A stretch of DNA of 50,144 bases from Candidatus Doudnabacteria bacterium RIFCSPHIGHO2_02_FULL_42_25 (GCA_001777665.1 MFEQ01000008.1:1-50144), one strand, 5' to 3'; positions 16,229 through 28,128 are shown, counted from the stretch's first letter. Translations and numbers: made by a program. Notes: a model not told the origin generated them from the sequence alone.

Positions 16229-18325
16229 ATGACCAAAGAAATTTCTACACATTACGACCAATCGAAAGAATCTGAGATTTACAAACTCTGGGAGTCTTCT
16301 GGTTATTTCAATCCCGATAACCTAGAAGGTGAACCTTTCACTATCATCATGCCGCCATCCAATGCCAACGGTCAAGTTCATGTCGGTCACGCACTCGGAT
16401 TTACTTTGCAAGATACAATTATTCGCTACCAACGTATGCTGGGCAAAAAAACTTTGTGGTTGCCAGGGACCGATCACGCTGGATTTGAGACCCAAGTGGT
16501 GTTTGAAAAAAAACTAGAAAAAGAGGGTCGCTCTCGTTTTCAAATGACACGAGAGGAATTTTATAAAGAGATCTGGGATTTCGTCCAGGAGAATAAAAAA
16601 CAAACTGAAGATGGAATTAAAAGATTAGGGGCTTCTGCTGACTGGTCTCGAAATATGTTTACTCTAGATCCAAGAATTATCAAAATCGTCTACGAAACTT
16701 TTGAACAAATGTACAACGACGGTTTGATTTACCGCGACAATCGTATTTGTAACTGGTGTCCGAAACACCAAACCGGACTCTCTGATCTGGAAACCAAATA
16801 TGAAGAACGAACCGAACCATTCTATTATTTCAAATATGGTCCATTTACCATAGCGACTTCTAGACCAGAAACAAAATTTGGCGATAAATACGTAGTTATG
16901 CATCCAGATGACAAACGCTACCAAGACTACAAAAACGGCCAAAAAATCGAGCTCGAATGGATCAATGGCCCGATCACAGCTACCGTCATCAAAGACAAGG
17001 CGGTAGACCCTGAATTTGGTTCAGGCGTGATGACTATTACCCCAGCCCATGATGCTACCGACTTTGAAATAGCACAGCGTCATAAACTTGATTTTGAACA
17101 AATTATCGATAAACGAGGGAAGCTTTTACCTATCGCTGGCGAGTTTGTTGGTGTGAAAATTCTGGAAGCGAGACCGAAAATAATCGAAAAACTGAAAGCC
17201 AAAGGACTTCTAGAAAAAGTTGATGAAAATTACAAACACAATGTCCAGCTTTGTTATAAGTGCAGTAACCTCATCGAGCCTCAAGTCATACCCCAGTGGT
17301 ATGTCGCGATGACGAAAGAAATCAAAGGCAAAGCTTTGCGCGACAAAATCAAAGACGCCATCGAATCTGGTGAAGTCGTGATTAATCCTGAAAGCAAAGC
17401 TAATTTTTTGAAAACTTGGCTCAATGAAATTCGTGATTGGCCCATCTCCCGACAAACCTGGTGGGGCATCCCGATTCCAGCTTGGTACAAAGGAGATAAA
17501 GTAAAAATTTCAGAAGATTCACCAGGAGAGGGATGGGAAAAAGATCCTGATACTTTTGATACTTGGTTTTCTTCTGGCCAATGGCCATACGCCACACTCA
17601 TGGCATTGGGAGAAAAAGATTTTGAAACTTTCTATCCAACGCGAGTTTTAGAAACTGGCTGGGACATTATCTTTTTCTGGGTCGCACGCATGATTATGTT
17701 TGGTCAATACAAAACTGGTAAACCACCGTTTAGTTATGTCTACCTTCACGGATTGGTCCGGGATAAAGATCGACAAAAAATGAGTAAATCCAAAGGCAAT
17801 GTCATAGATCCATTAGGTGTTATCGATACTTACGGCAATGACGCACTACGTATGGCTTTACTAGTGGGCAATCTTCCGGGCAATGACTTACCACTGTCCG
17901 AACAAAAAGTCAAAGGTTATCGCAACTTTGCCAATAAAATTTGGAACGCCGCCAGGTTTGTCATGCAAAACACGGAAGGATACGACCCTAGTGCAAAACT
18001 CCACAGTGATGATGAAAATATTCTAAATGATCTTAATCAAATAATTATCACTGCGACGAATCAGATGAATAAATATGCTTTAGCTCACGCTGCCGAAGAC
18101 CTCTATCACTACTTCTGGCACACTTTTGCCGATAAAATCATCGAGGAATCAAAAGCAAAATTGGCAAATCCGGAAACTAAAGCTTCGACACAGCGCATGC
18201 TTCGAGAAATCCTGGAAACCAATCTCAAACTTCTCCATCCATTCATGCCATTCGTCACAGAAACCATTTGGCAGATGAATCATAAGGATTTACTCATGGT
18301 TGAATCCTGGCCAAGTAATAAGTAA
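16229..18325 (+). CDS. valS: Valyl-tRNA synthetase (short form, no C-terminal coiled coil)
   Basis: HVGH, PGTDHAG, DWPISRQTWWG, DTWFSS, IIFFWVARM, KMSKS. Confidence 0.96.
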   Translation: MTKEISTHYDQSKESEIYKLWESSGYFNPDNLEGEPFTIIMPPSNANGQVHVGHALGFTLQDTIIRYQRMLGKKTLWLPGTDHAGFETQVVFEKKLEKEGRSRFQMTREEFYKEIWDFVQENKKQTEDGIKRLGASADWSRNMFTLDPRIIKIVYETFEQMYNDGLIYRDNRICNWCPKHQTGLSDLETKYEERTEPFYYFKYGPFTIATSRPETKFGDKYVVMHPDDKRYQDYKNGQKIELEWINGPITATVIKDKAVDPEFGSGVMTITPAHDATDFEIAQRHKLDFEQIIDKRGKLLPIAGEFVGVKILEARPKIIEKLKAKGLLEKVDENYKHNVQLCYKCSNLIEPQVIPQWYVAMTKEIKGKALRDKIKDAIESGEVVINPESKANFLKTWLNEIRDWPISRQTWWGIPIPAWYKGDKVKISEDSPGEGWEKDPDTFDTWFSSGQWPYATLMALGEKDFETFYPTRVLETGWDIIFFWVARMIMFGQYKTGKPPFSYVYLHGLVRDKDRQKMSKSKGNVIDPLGVIDTYGNDALRMALLVGNLPGNDLPLSEQKVKGYRNFANKIWNAARFVMQNTEGYDPSAKLHSDDENILNDLNQIIITATNQMNKYALAHAAEDLYHYFWHTFADKIIEESKAKLANPETKASTQRMLREILETNLKLLHPFMPFVTETIWQMNHKDLLMVESWPSNK

Positions 18326-18404
18326 GGAGTAAAAAGTAATTAGAAAACTGCGGCTATCCCGCAGTTTTAAATTCTTATTACTTATTACTAATTACTCTTT
18401 ACTA
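18318..18404. terminator. Bidirectional terminator embedded in inverted 7-nt-period AGTAA/TTACT arrays
   Basis: AAAACTGCGG-CTATC-CCGCAGTTTT flanked by (..AGTAA)n and (..TTACT)n. Confidence 0.7.
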
Positions 18405-18866
18405 CTTAAAGCGCACGGGAATGGCAAAGGCGGCGTCATTTTCTGGAAGGCCTGATGGGTTATCTCGTTCAATCAGTAATACTCCAAATTCTGCATCACC
18501 TGGATCAAAAACCAGAGTTCCTGCGAATGGCACATAACCCTCTACCATCCAATCACCAATCGCTTGGAATCCTTGTTGAGCTAGCACTTTCCCGTTCTCG
18601 TCTTTTAGTGTTACTGGGATATTGGCTTCAAAAAACCAAGAACCCAAAGCTTTCCCGCTCACTCCCATAGGACTGCTAACCAAAGCGCCAAACAGCGGAT
18701 AGTCTAAGACAACTGGGAGTTGAGCATGTTCCTCTTCTTCAAAGACCTGACCATCAGGATTAATATCAACCGTTTGGGGTTGAGGTTCACTTAATTTCGG
18801 CCAAAGCAGCCAGGCGATAACGACTAGCAAGGCTAGAACTATTATTTGATAAATTCGTTTATTCAT
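18402..18866 (-). CDS. Gmad2 immunoglobulin-like domain protein
   Basis: TM anchor; SSPMGVSGKALGSWFFEANIPV..DWMVEGYVPF..DNPSGLPEND..IPVRF. Confidence 0.8.
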   Translation of the reverse strand: MNKRIYQIIVLALLVVIAWLLWPKLSEPQPQTVDINPDGQVFEEEEHAQLPVVLDYPLFGALVSSPMGVSGKALGSWFFEANIPVTLKDENGKVLAQQGFQAIGDWMVEGYVPFAGTLVFDPGDAEFGVLLIERDNPSGLPENDAAFAIPVRFK

Positions 18867-18884
18867 AGGGATAGTATACGGAAT

Positions 18885-18930
18885 ATAAGACCCCGGATCA
18901 AGCCTGCCTGCCGGTAGGCAGGTCCGGGGT
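18885..18930. repeat. CCCCGGA(T)CAAGTCCGGGG palindromic element interrupted by the 20-bp CCTGCCTGCC palindrome
   Basis: Removing 18903-18922 gives the reverse complement of 35142-35167. Confidence 0.85.
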
Positions 18931-18949
18931 AGTTTTCATTTTAATGTTT

Positions 18950-19094
18950 GAGCGAGGATTAAATTTTTGGACGCTTTGCGTATTTCCTCAGAAATCGCAA
19001 AGCGAGCCTGCCTGCCGGTAGGCAGGTAAAAATCTACTTCTAAGTACATAACAAACTGCAGATTTTTACGTTCACAAAAATTTCAATCCGAGCG
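18950..19094. repeat. Multi-stem structured intergenic element downstream of rpoC containing another 20-bp palindrome
   Basis: GGATT-AAATTTTTG/CAAAAATTT-C-AATCC closing stem; CGCTTTGCG/CGCAAAGCG; GTAAAAATCT/AGATTTTTAC. Confidence 0.65.
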
Positions 19095-22000
19095 TTATAC
19101 TATTGCGTTATCCGCCAGCTCGGCGGCTTCTTTTTCAGCCAAAGCATCAGCGCGATAGCCCGTCCCAGCAGGAATCAATTTACCGATGATCACGTTTTCT
19201 TTCAAGCCACGGAGATAATCCGTTTTCGCAGTTACAGCAGCTTCAATCAAGACACGGGTGGTTTCTTGGAAGGATGCCGCGGCCAAGAACGATTCAGTGT
19301 TGAGAGAAGATTTCGTGATACCCATGAGTAGCTGTTCGGCTTCAGCAATTCGGCCATTGCCAACTTTTTCATTGGCCAGCTGTAATCGAGATTTATCGAC
19401 TAGATCACCAGCGAGTAAATCTGTATCCCCGGATTCGGCAATCCGAACTTTGCTAAACATCTGGCGGACAATAATTTCAATGTGCTTTTCGTTGACATTC
19501 TGCCCTTGGGAAGAATAAATTTCTTGCACGTCTTTGATGATGTAGTCTTGGCAAGCCTCAATTCCCTTCAAAGCAAAGAGTTGATGTAGGTTAAGGTTAC
19601 CTTCAGTCAATGGTTGGCCTTTGTAAACTAAATCTTTTTCTTTAACCAAGACGCTGAAACCAGCTGGAGCAGAATATTCTTGGAAGTTTTCTGACTCACG
19701 AACTACCGTCAATTTATCGGTGCCTAATTTTACAATTCCTGCGGCAATGGCTTTCACAACTTCGCCTTGATCATTGGTATAGAGTGGGTCACCAGTATTA
19801 ACTTTTTCGCCAGCAGTAAGTTGCAATTTAGCGCCACCGAGCATGTATTCATCCATCGCGACGTCTTTAGCTTCGACGCGAATTACCGTTTCTTTCGGAG
19901 ATGGTTTGATGGAAGATACGAATCCGTCCAATTCAGTAATCACGGCTTGTCCTTTTGGTTCACGAGCTTCCAGTAATTCCTCGACTCGAGGTAAACCTTG
20001 AGTGATGTCGAGTCCAGCCACACCACCAGTATGGAAGGTTCTCATGGTGAGCTGGGTTCCTGGCTCCCCAATGGCTTGAGCCGCGACAATTCCGACAGCT
20101 GCACCTTGTTCCACTGGCTTGTTAAAGCCCAAATCATACCCATAACATTTGGCACAAACGCCGCGAGTCAATTTACAGCGAAGTACTGTGCGAACTTCGA
20201 TGGAATTAGCTGTTGATTTTTCAATTTCCAGGGCTAATCGGTCATCAACTAGGGTTCCTGCTTCTGACACTATTTTCCCATCTGCATCCATGACATCGGA
20301 TGCGAGTACACGACCAAAAATTCTTCGAGAGAGAGGACGACCCAGTGCTTCTGACGAAACGCGGGTGATGATTCTACCTTCCGCAACTCCACAGTCTTCG
20401 GCATTGACGACAATGTCTTGTGCCACGTCAACTAATCGACGGGTCAGGTATCCAGCGTCCGCGGTTCGAAGAGCGGTATCAGTCATACCTTTTCTGGATC
20501 CGTGAGTGGAAATAAAATATTCCAAAATATTTAAGCCTTCTTTGAAAGAATCCCTGGCTGGCAATTCGATAACTTCTCCGGCTGGGTTGGTAACCAAACC
20601 TTTCATCCCAGACATCTGGGCGAGCTGGGAAATCGAACCTCTGGCGCCCGACGTGATCATTTGATAAACAGATCCGTATTCATCCAAAGTGTGAGTCACA
20701 GCTTCGGCCAATCGATCACGAACCTGGGCCCAAATTTCGATAACTCGATTTTTGCGTTCCGTTTCGGTAAGTAGTCCCATACGGTATTGTTCATATGTTT
20801 CCAATACATCTTTGTCAGCATCGATAACTAATCCTTTTTTCATTTCTGGGACGCGCAAATCGCTCATGCCCCAGGACAATCCGGATTTGGTCATGTAGTG
20901 GAAGCCCATGGCTTTAACTTCATCCAACAATTCCGCGGTTGTTTCAATACCGTAATCTCGATACACGATTTGGATAGTTTGCTGAAGTTTCTTTTTATCC
21001 ATGACATCGTTAATAAATCGAACGCCTTCTGGTAAGAGTTGGTTAAACAAAATTCTGCCGACACAGGTTTCAGTCAGTCCACCATTCCCCCAACCATCAG
21101 TCAAACGAATTTTAACTTTGGCTTTGAGTGTCACAACTTCTGATTGATAAGCTAAAATTGCTTCTTGCGGACTGCCAAATGTCATGCCTTCACCTTTTTG
21201 GCCAGGTTGGATGCGGGTCAGCCAATAACAACCAAGCACCATATCCTTGGTCGGCATCATCACCGGTTCACCTGATGCTGGTTTGAGCAAGTTTTTCGCC
21301 GATAACATGATGCGCTTGGCTTCTTCTTGGGCCGCGGCAGTCAATGAAACGTGTACAGCCATCTGATCCCCGTCAAAGTCAGCGTTATAAGCGTCGCAAA
21401 CCATGGGGTGGATCTGGATAGCTTTACCTTCAATCAATACTGGCAAGAAGGCTTGGAAACCCAGTCTGTGCAAGGTTGGAGCACGGTTAAGCAGCACGTA
21501 GTGATCTTTGGTTACTTCTTCTAAAATATCGTAAACGACTGTGGCTCCCTGTTCGATCAATCGATTGGCTGACCTTACATTGTGGGCATATTCACGTTGG
21601 ATTAATTTAGAGATGACAAAAGGCTTGAATAATTCCAAAGCCATTTTCTTCGGCAACCCACATTGGTGCAATTTCAATTTTGGCCCAACGACGATAACAG
21701 AGCGTCCAGAATAGTCGACACGCTTCCCCAGCAAATTTTGTCGGAATCGCCCCTGTTTACCTTTCAACATGTCAGCCAATGATCGGAGTTTGCGTTTCTG
21801 TCCCGTGGAAGCAGTAACTTCTTTGCCATGTCGAATCGAGTTATCAATTAAAGCATCCACAGCTTCTTGCAACATCCGCTTTTCGTTACGGGTGATAACT
21901 TCTGGTGCACCAATTTCTAAAAGTTTTTTTAAGCGATTGTTGCGGTTGATAACTCGGCGATACAAATCGTTCAAATCTGAAGCGGCAAAGCGTCCCCCAT

Positions 22001-22931
22001 CGAGTTGAACCATTGGTCGCAAATCTGGAGGTATTACTGGCAGGTTAGAAATAATCATCCATTCTGGTCGGATGCCAGAGCGGATCATGGACTTCACCAA
22101 TTTCAATCGCTTGATGAGCTTGCGCTTATTGACACCTTCCGCAGTCGCGATTTCTTCTTGTAAATCAGCAAACAATTTTTCCAAATCAATCTCTTCGACG
22201 AGTTGGACAATGGCAGATGCGCCAATCCCTGCTTGGAACACTGGGCCATATTTGAGGGATAAATCCCGATATTCTAATTCTGAAATAATTTGATACTTTT
22301 TGATGGATTTCAGTTCTGATCGGGCCAAATCGCGGATGGATTCCAAATGTTCCGATTCTTTGGTCCACATTTCTTTCACTCTGACAGTTTCAGCTTCGTC
22401 TTTATCCTTATTCTGGTTGATCAAATTTTCGTAACGATTATCAATTTCTTTACCTTTGGCTTTGAATTCGCGTTCAATCTGCTCCATGGTTTGCGCTCTG
22501 GCCTCTTCATCCACTGATGTAATGATGTAGGAAGCAAAGTAAACAACTTTTTCCAATTCTTGGACAGACAAATCCAGGACCAACCCCAGTCTGGATGGGA
22601 CTCCGCGCAAAAACCATATGTGAGCCACTGGTGCGGCAAGTTTAATATGCCCCATCCGTTCACGGCGAACAGAAGCTCTAGTGACCTCGACTCCACATTT
22701 ATCGCAGATAATTCCTTTGTAGCGAATCCGTTTGTATTTACCACAATAACATTCCCAGTCTTTGATTGGCCCAAAAATTTTCTCATCAAACAAACCGTCT
22801 TTTTCTGGACGTTGGGTGCGGTAATTGATGGTTTCTGGCTTGGTCACTTCCCCGTAAGACCAATTCAAAATGTCTGCTGGAGAAGCCAGTTTTAGTCTAA
22901 CCGCTTTAAATTCTTCAGTTTGCTGTACCAT
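19095..22931 (-). CDS. rpoC: RNA polymerase beta' subunit
   Basis: KPETINYRT, Zn-finger Cys, [46 protein letters not shown]. Confidence 0.99.
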   Translation of the reverse strand: MVQQTEEFKAVRLKLASPADILNWSYGEVTKPETINYRTQRPEKDGLFDEKIFGPIKDWECYCGKYKRIRYKGIICDKCGVEVTRASVRRERMGHIKLAAPVAHIWFLRGVPSRLGLVLDLSVQELEKVVYFASYIITSVDEEARAQTMEQIEREFKAKGKEIDNRYENLINQNKDKDEAETVRVKEMWTKESEHLESIRDLARSELKSIKKYQIISELEYRDLSLKYGPVFQAGIGASAIVQLVEEIDLEKLFADLQEEIATAEGVNKRKLIKRLKLVKSMIRSGIRPEWMIISNLPVIPPDLRPMVQLDGGRFAASDLNDLYRRVINRNNRLKKLLEIGAPEVITRNEKRMLQEAVDALIDNSIRHGKEVTASTGQKRKLRSLADMLKGKQGRFRQNLLGKRVDYSGRSVIVVGPKLKLHQCGLPKKMALELFKPFVISKLIQREYAHNVRSANRLIEQGATVVYDILEEVTKDHYVLLNRAPTLHRLGFQAFLPVLIEGKAIQIHPMVCDAYNADFDGDQMAVHVSLTAAAQEEAKRIMLSAKNLLKPASGEPVMMPTKDMVLGCYWLTRIQPGQKGEGMTFGSPQEAILAYQSEVVTLKAKVKIRLTDGWGNGGLTETCVGRILFNQLLPEGVRFINDVMDKKKLQQTIQIVYRDYGIETTAELLDEVKAMGFHYMTKSGLSWGMSDLRVPEMKKGLVIDADKDVLETYEQYRMGLLTETERKNRVIEIWAQVRDRLAEAVTHTLDEYGSVYQMITSGARGSISQLAQMSGMKGLVTNPAGEVIELPARDSFKEGLNILEYFISTHGSRKGMTDTALRTADAGYLTRRLVDVAQDIVVNAEDCGVAEGRIITRVSSEALGRPLSRRIFGRVLASDVMDADGKIVSEAGTLVDDRLALEIEKSTANSIEVRTVLRCKLTRGVCAKCYGYDLGFNKPVEQGAAVGIVAAQAIGEPGTQLTMRTFHTGGVAGLDITQGLPRVEELLEAREPKGQAVITELDGFVSSIKPSPKETVIRVEAKDVAMDEYMLGGAKLQLTAGEKVNTGDPLYTNDQGEVVKAIAAGIVKLGTDKLTVVRESENFQEYSAPAGFSVLVKEKDLVYKGQPLTEGNLNLHQLFALKGIEACQDYIIKDVQEIYSSQGQNVNEKHIEIIVRQMFSKVRIAESGDTDLLAGDLVDKSRLQLANEKVGNGRIAEAEQLLMGITKSSLNTESFLAAASFQETTRVLIEAAVTAKTDYLRGLKENVIIGKLIPAGTGYRADALAEKEAAELADNAIV

Positions 22932-22936
22932 ATGTT

Positions 22937-23011
22937 TACTAATTACTAATTTTTACGAATTTACGAATTGGGTTAGCGATTAGTATATTCGCTGCTATTC
23001 GTAATTCGTAA
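22937..23011. repeat. Inverted TACGAA/TTCGTA-type array (copy 2) between rpoB and rpoC
   Basis: TACTAA, TACTAA, TACGAA, TACGAA ... TTAGTA, TTCGTA, TTCGTA. Confidence 0.7.
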
Positions 23012-23017
23012 AGTTAG

Positions 23018-26000
23018 TTATTTCTTCCCTTTCCTTTTCTTATCTGCGACCTTTTCACCTACTAATTCAATAGTTTTTTCATCGTCCAGGCGTCCTTCAT
23101 CGGTGGTAGCGAGCTGTCTGATTTCTCCAGCTTGGTCAACTTCGTCTGTGGCCAATTTTTCGCCTACTAATTCGACGTTTAGACAGAGTGATTGTAATTC
23201 TTTGACCAAAACTCGGAACGATTCAGGGACATTTGGCTTCTTGATTGGTTCACCCTTGACGATCGATTCGTAAGTTTTCGCGCGTCCCACCACATCGTCA
23301 GATTTGATGGTCAACATTTCTTGCAATGTATGCGCAGCTCCATATCCTTCCAGGGCCCAGACTTCCATTTCTCCAAATCTCTGGCCGCCGAATTGAGCTT
23401 TACCGCCCAAAGGCTGTTGGGTAATCAATGAATAAGGACCGGTGGAACGAGCGTGCATCTTGTCGTCTACCAAATGGTGAAGTTTCAACATGTAGATAAT
23501 CCCGACAGTAACTTTTTCAGAAAAAGCCTGGCCAGTCTTCCCATCATAAAGGACGAGTTTGCCATCTTCTGGATAACCTGCTTTGACTAACTGTTCTTTG
23601 ATTGTTTCTTCCGGTACTCCATCTAGCGGCGGGGTCGCCACTTTGAAACCGAGTTTATCAGCAGCCAATCCTAAGTGAGTTTCCAAAATCTGTCCGATGT
23701 TCATACGAGACGCAACCCCCAATGGATTCAAAATAATATCGACTGGAGTGCCATCAGCCATAAACGGCATGTTCTCGACTGGAATAACTTGAGAGATAAC
23801 ACCTTTGTTCCCGTGTCGGCCAGCCATTTTATCTCCAACCTGGATTTTACGAAGCACTGCTACTGAAACTTGGATGGATTTGATCACTCCGGATGGCAAT
23901 TTATCACCTTGTTCACGAGAAAATTCTCGGATATGGACTACTTTTCCGTACTCACCGTGAGGCAGAGTCAGAGAAGTATCTTTGACGTCACGAGATTTTT
24001 CACCAAAGATCACGCGCAATAATTTTTCTTCTGCAGTCAGGTCAGTTTCACCCTTTGGAGTGATTTTTCCTACCAATATATCACCGGCTTTGACTTGCGC
24101 TCCAATTCGGATCACGCCATTCTCATCCAAATCTTTCAATTTTTCTTCTCCAACGTTTGGAATATCGCGGGTGATAATTTCAGGACCCAATTTCGTATCC
24201 CGAACATCCACTTTAAAGTCCTCGATGTGAATCGAGGAGTAGCGATCTTCTTCGACAACTCGGGACGAGATCAAAATAGCATCTTCATAATTTCCACCTT
24301 CCCAGGACAGGAAAGCGACGAGCATGTTTTGACCCAAAGCCAATTCACCATCTTCAATCGCAGCACCATCAGCAATCGGAGTTCCGGCTTTTATTTCTTG
24401 ACCTTTTCTGACAGTGGCGTGTTGGTTGATCGAAGTTGAGGTGTTAGATCGGACAAATTTTTGGAGGGAATATTCTTTCTTTTTGCCACCATCAGACAGG
24501 ACAATTTTGTCCCCGGTAACACTCAACACAGTGCCATCGCTTTCAGCAATTACCACTTGGCCCGAATCATAAGCAGCTTTGGCTTCAACTCCGGTTCCGA
24601 TAACTGGAGATTGTGGTTTGATACAGGACACTGCCTGACGTTGCATGTTCGATCCCATCAAAGCACGGTTGGCATCATCGTGTTCTAGGAATGGAATCAG
24701 GGAAGTCGTGACAGAAATAATTTGCTTTGGTGAAACTTCGACATAATTAATCTCTGATGTTTCAGCAATCGATGGTTCACCATGAACTCGAACCGAAGTT
24801 CGACTTTCAGTGAAAAATCCTTTTTCATCCATCTTGACATTGGCCTGCGCAATTACTGAAAACTGCTCTTCGTAAGCATCCAAGTACTCCAGTTCATCTG
24901 TGACTTGGGCTTTGCCATCTTTCTTCACGACTTTTCTGTAGGGAGTTTCAATAAATCCAAAATCATTGATGCGAGCATAACTGGCCAAATGTGCGACTAA
25001 CCCGATGTTCGGTCCTTCAGGAGTGGTGATCGGACAAAGTCGGCCATAGTGAGAACGATGGACATCTCGAACTTCGAATCCAGCGCGTTCGCGGGACAAT
25101 CCACCCGGACCCATCGCGGACAGTCGACGCTTGTGTTCCAGTTCCGCCAAAGGATTGGTCTGATCCATAAACTGGGAAAGCTGGGACGAGGAGAAAAACT
25201 CCTGGATCACAGCAACAATTGGACGAACGTGAATAAGTTGGGCTGGAGTTACGGTCTCGATATCAGCCAAACTCATACGATCTTTGGCAATTCTGCTCAT
25301 ACGAGCGAGTCCGATGCGGAATTTGCCTTGGATCAGTTCCCCGACTGATCGCACGCGGCGGTTCGAGAGATGATCGATATCGTCCCAGGATTCTTGAGAG
25401 TTATTTAATCTGACTACTTCCCGGATAATGTCGGTCAAATCTTCTTTGGTCAGGATTCGGTCTTCTCGATCTTTGATATTGAGACGTTGATTGAGTTTGT
25501 AGCGGCCGACTTCGGATAAATCATAGCGATCGGATTGGAAAAACATCGCTTCAATCAGAGACCTGGCATTATCAACTGTGGCGAGATCTCCTGGACGAAT
25601 ACGTTTGTAGACTTCCTTAAATCCTTCGTCCGGATTTTTGGATGGATCTTTCTCCAAAGTATTTTGAATATAGCGCATATCAGGGTTGGTATCGATATCA
25701 GCAAAAGCAGCGAGAATTTCTTCATCTGATCCATACTTAAACACGCGCAACAGCGCTGAAACCGGAATTCTGCGCTTGCGGTCGATCTTGACACTGATTA
25801 CACCATTGATATCGGTTTCCAATTCCAACCAAGCACCACGATTCGGAATAATCTTCGCCCCGTACCAATTTCGGCTTCGTGCAGCTTCACCAGTAAAAAA
25901 TACACCCGGGGATTTGACTAGTTGGGAGACAACTACTCTTTCCACTCCATTGATGACAAATGTGCCGCGAGGCGTCATCAGTGGAAAATCGCCGAGGTAA

Positions 26001-26365
26001 ACATCTTGAGTTTTAGTTTTGTTTGTTACTTTGTTTACGAGCTTCACCGATACATAGAGTGGAGCTTCAAAAGTTGTGTTTCGTTCTTTGGCTGTTTTTT
26101 CGTCGTATTTTGGTTTATCTAAAAAGTAGTCCCCAAAAAACAGTTCCAAATTCTTCCCAGTAAAATCTTTGATCGAGTTGATCTCTTCAAACAATTCCTT
26201 TAAACCTTTTTCCCAAAACCATTTGTAAGATCGGAGCTGCGCTTCAATCAAATTGGGCATGTCCATAACTTCTTCAATGTGGGTGAAAAACTTTCGTGAT
26301 GGTTTTTGGGGGTTACCACCACTGAAATTTAGGCTCAAATTAGCCAATTTCTTTTTTGAAGACAT
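23018..26365 (-). CDS. rpoB: RNA polymerase beta subunit
   Basis: [43 protein letters not shown]; start ATG 26365 after AGAGGGA. Confidence 0.99.
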   Translation of the reverse strand: MSSKKKLANLSLNFSGGNPQKPSRKFFTHIEEVMDMPNLIEAQLRSYKWFWEKGLKELFEEINSIKDFTGKNLELFFGDYFLDKPKYDEKTAKERNTTFEAPLYVSVKLVNKVTNKTKTQDVYLGDFPLMTPRGTFVINGVERVVVSQLVKSPGVFFTGEAARSRNWYGAKIIPNRGAWLELETDINGVISVKIDRKRRIPVSALLRVFKYGSDEEILAAFADIDTNPDMRYIQNTLEKDPSKNPDEGFKEVYKRIRPGDLATVDNARSLIEAMFFQSDRYDLSEVGRYKLNQRLNIKDREDRILTKEDLTDIIREVVRLNNSQESWDDIDHLSNRRVRSVGELIQGKFRIGLARMSRIAKDRMSLADIETVTPAQLIHVRPIVAVIQEFFSSSQLSQFMDQTNPLAELEHKRRLSAMGPGGLSRERAGFEVRDVHRSHYGRLCPITTPEGPNIGLVAHLASYARINDFGFIETPYRKVVKKDGKAQVTDELEYLDAYEEQFSVIAQANVKMDEKGFFTESRTSVRVHGEPSIAETSEINYVEVSPKQIISVTTSLIPFLEHDDANRALMGSNMQRQAVSCIKPQSPVIGTGVEAKAAYDSGQVVIAESDGTVLSVTGDKIVLSDGGKKKEYSLQKFVRSNTSTSINQHATVRKGQEIKAGTPIADGAAIEDGELALGQNMLVAFLSWEGGNYEDAILISSRVVEEDRYSSIHIEDFKVDVRDTKLGPEIITRDIPNVGEEKLKDLDENGVIRIGAQVKAGDILVGKITPKGETDLTAEEKLLRVIFGEKSRDVKDTSLTLPHGEYGKVVHIREFSREQGDKLPSGVIKSIQVSVAVLRKIQVGDKMAGRHGNKGVISQVIPVENMPFMADGTPVDIILNPLGVASRMNIGQILETHLGLAADKLGFKVATPPLDGVPEETIKEQLVKAGYPEDGKLVLYDGKTGQAFSEKVTVGIIYMLKLHHLVDDKMHARSTGPYSLITQQPLGGKAQFGGQRFGEMEVWALEGYGAAHTLQEMLTIKSDDVVGRAKTYESIVKGEPIKKPNVPESFRVLVKELQSLCLNVELVGEKLATDEVDQAGEIRQLATTDEGRLDDEKTIELVGEKVADKKRKGKK

Positions 26366-26444
26366 AAAATAATCCCTCTTTTTGCGCATATACAAAAAGA
26401 GCCGCTTGTGGCTAGATTCTTATTAAGTTAATTATCACATTTAT

Positions 26445-26472
26445 ATTTTAGCGATTCTGGAGTTATTGTCAA
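26445..26472 (-). promoter_or_regulatory. Sigma-70 promoter for rpoBC
   Basis: TTGACA-16 bp-TAAAAT on the minus strand. Confidence 0.6.
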
Positions 26473-26599
26473 GCCCAGTAATACAACGTCGATGCTTTTG
26501 CTGTTTCAATGGTTTTTGTAGTCAACTTCAGATGCCTGTATTTAATATAGACTAATAATTTTTCTTTATTTAAATTCGCAAAAGCAAACACAAAAACCA

Positions 26600-27823
26600 T
26601 TATCGACGTTGATATACTGGGTCAAGTAAACCATAGAGGAGCAACAATCCCCCCAGGATTGCGGCCATACTGGCGATGGGCAGAACGTCGGCTAATACCC
26701 CGATGATGATAGTAGGCAGGGTTGCCGCCACTTGCAACATTACGTACAACGCTCCGTAAATCCGACCTCGCAGATGTTCGTGGGCATGAGTTTGGAGCAT
26801 GGAATGACTCGGAGCAAAAATATGAGCATTGAAATACCCAATCAATAGTCCGAAAAAAGAATAGTAAACATATTTAAAATCAACTAATCCGATTAAGGAT
26901 AGACCGACGAGCATGGTTCCCATTCCTAAGAATCCCATGCGAACCAGTTGGCGTTTGGATAAAAATCGTTCTTCAAATCCAAGTAAAGCAGCACCAATCA
27001 GGATCCCGATACCAAGAGGTGCTACGATAAAAATTGACCCAGTGTCTAGATTGATCCCTATCGCCTCTTTCATAAACGCTGGCGCGATCGTAATCATCAT
27101 TCCATTGATAATTTGGATCGCAATCAAACTCACTAGGGGGTAGTGCAAACGAGAGTTTTCCCAAAAATGAGCAATCCCTTCTTTGAATTCATGCCAAATT
27201 TTAGAAAATGAATACGGATTTTCGTGAACCACCGGTGGTTTTAGAGACGGTAAACTCATAGTGGCCAATCCGGCTACCACTAGCAGTCCCACACCAACTG
27301 TATATGGAGCGGCATGGCCAAACGCTGATGACATCGGGCCCGCTGCCGCAAACCCGATGATCAATGCTGCACTATTTGTAAACGCAAAGAAACTATTCGC
27401 AATTAAAATCTGATTTTCTTTGACTAACCTGGGGATCGAAGGAGCTTCGGCCGGAATATAAAATTGGTTGAGTGACGAATAAAGAAAAGTTATCAGAACC
27501 AGCCCCCAAAAATCATCACCGACCAAAAAATATAAGGCAATACTTAGAGCTTGGCCAAAATTAATGATGGTCAAAAGCCATCGGCGGTCAAATCGGTCCG
27601 CATAAACACCGGCCAAACTCCCAAAAAACAAAGTCGCGACCCCGAACGCCATGATTATCAAAGAAACCGAGATCGTGGAGTTCGTCAATTCGAAAACTTT
27701 GATCAGGATCGCAAAACTAAGGATGTAATTCGTCAGCTGCGAAGTGATTTGCGAGACCCAAAGTTTGGCAAAATTTCTATTTTTGAGGACGTCGAGGTAA
27801 TGTGATATTTGGCTGTCGATCAT
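26600..27823 (-). CDS. MFS transporter
   Basis: About 12 hydrophobic segments; GVYADRFDRRW motif A; LRGRIYG. Confidence 0.9.
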   Translation of the reverse strand: MIDSQISHYLDVLKNRNFAKLWVSQITSQLTNYILSFAILIKVFELTNSTISVSLIIMAFGVATLFFGSLAGVYADRFDRRWLLTIINFGQALSIALYFLVGDDFWGLVLITFLYSSLNQFYIPAEAPSIPRLVKENQILIANSFFAFTNSAALIIGFAAAGPMSSAFGHAAPYTVGVGLLVVAGLATMSLPSLKPPVVHENPYSFSKIWHEFKEGIAHFWENSRLHYPLVSLIAIQIINGMMITIAPAFMKEAIGINLDTGSIFIVAPLGIGILIGAALLGFEERFLSKRQLVRMGFLGMGTMLVGLSLIGLVDFKYVYYSFFGLLIGYFNAHIFAPSHSMLQTHAHEHLRGRIYGALYVMLQVAATLPTIIIGVLADVLPIASMAAILGGLLLLYGLLDPVYQRR

Positions 27824-28118
27824 AATGTGGCTTAAACATCTTTTGTCGTAATCCTAAGGCAAAAATTAAAGCATTCGCCACGGCAATTGTCGTCCGGGTT
27901 CGTGAAAAGTGACTTCCGGTCAAAACTTCAACTTGCTTTAAATCCGTAAACTCAATTTTATTTTTTTTCAAAAACTTTTTTGTTTCAGGAATGATTTTTT
28001 CTGATAAATTGTTAGACTGAAACTGATGCTTCTTCCCTCCTCCCTCCAAAGCAATCACCGTCTTCTCGTAATCTGTTGTATCAATTACTAAAACGATGTT
28101 ACGTGTTACGGGTTTCAT
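27777..28118 (-). CDS. tsaB: Minimal TsaB-like protein
   Basis: LVIDTT, SEKIIP, EVLTGSHFSRTRTTIAVANAL (cf. GPGSFTGLR), PHYDRQPNIT. Confidence 0.7.
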   Translation of the reverse strand: MKPVTRNIVLVIDTTDYEKTVIALEGGGKKHQFQSNNLSEKIIPETKKFLKKNKIEFTDLKQVEVLTGSHFSRTRTTIAVANALIFALGLRQKMFKPHYDRQPNITLPRRPQK

Positions 28119-28128
28119 GTTACGTGAT

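Noticed and set aside
19111..19126. TCCGCCAGCTCGGCGG near the rpoC 3' end as a copy of the tsaD palindrome
   Set aside because: Imperfect match and readily explained by codons for AELAD.
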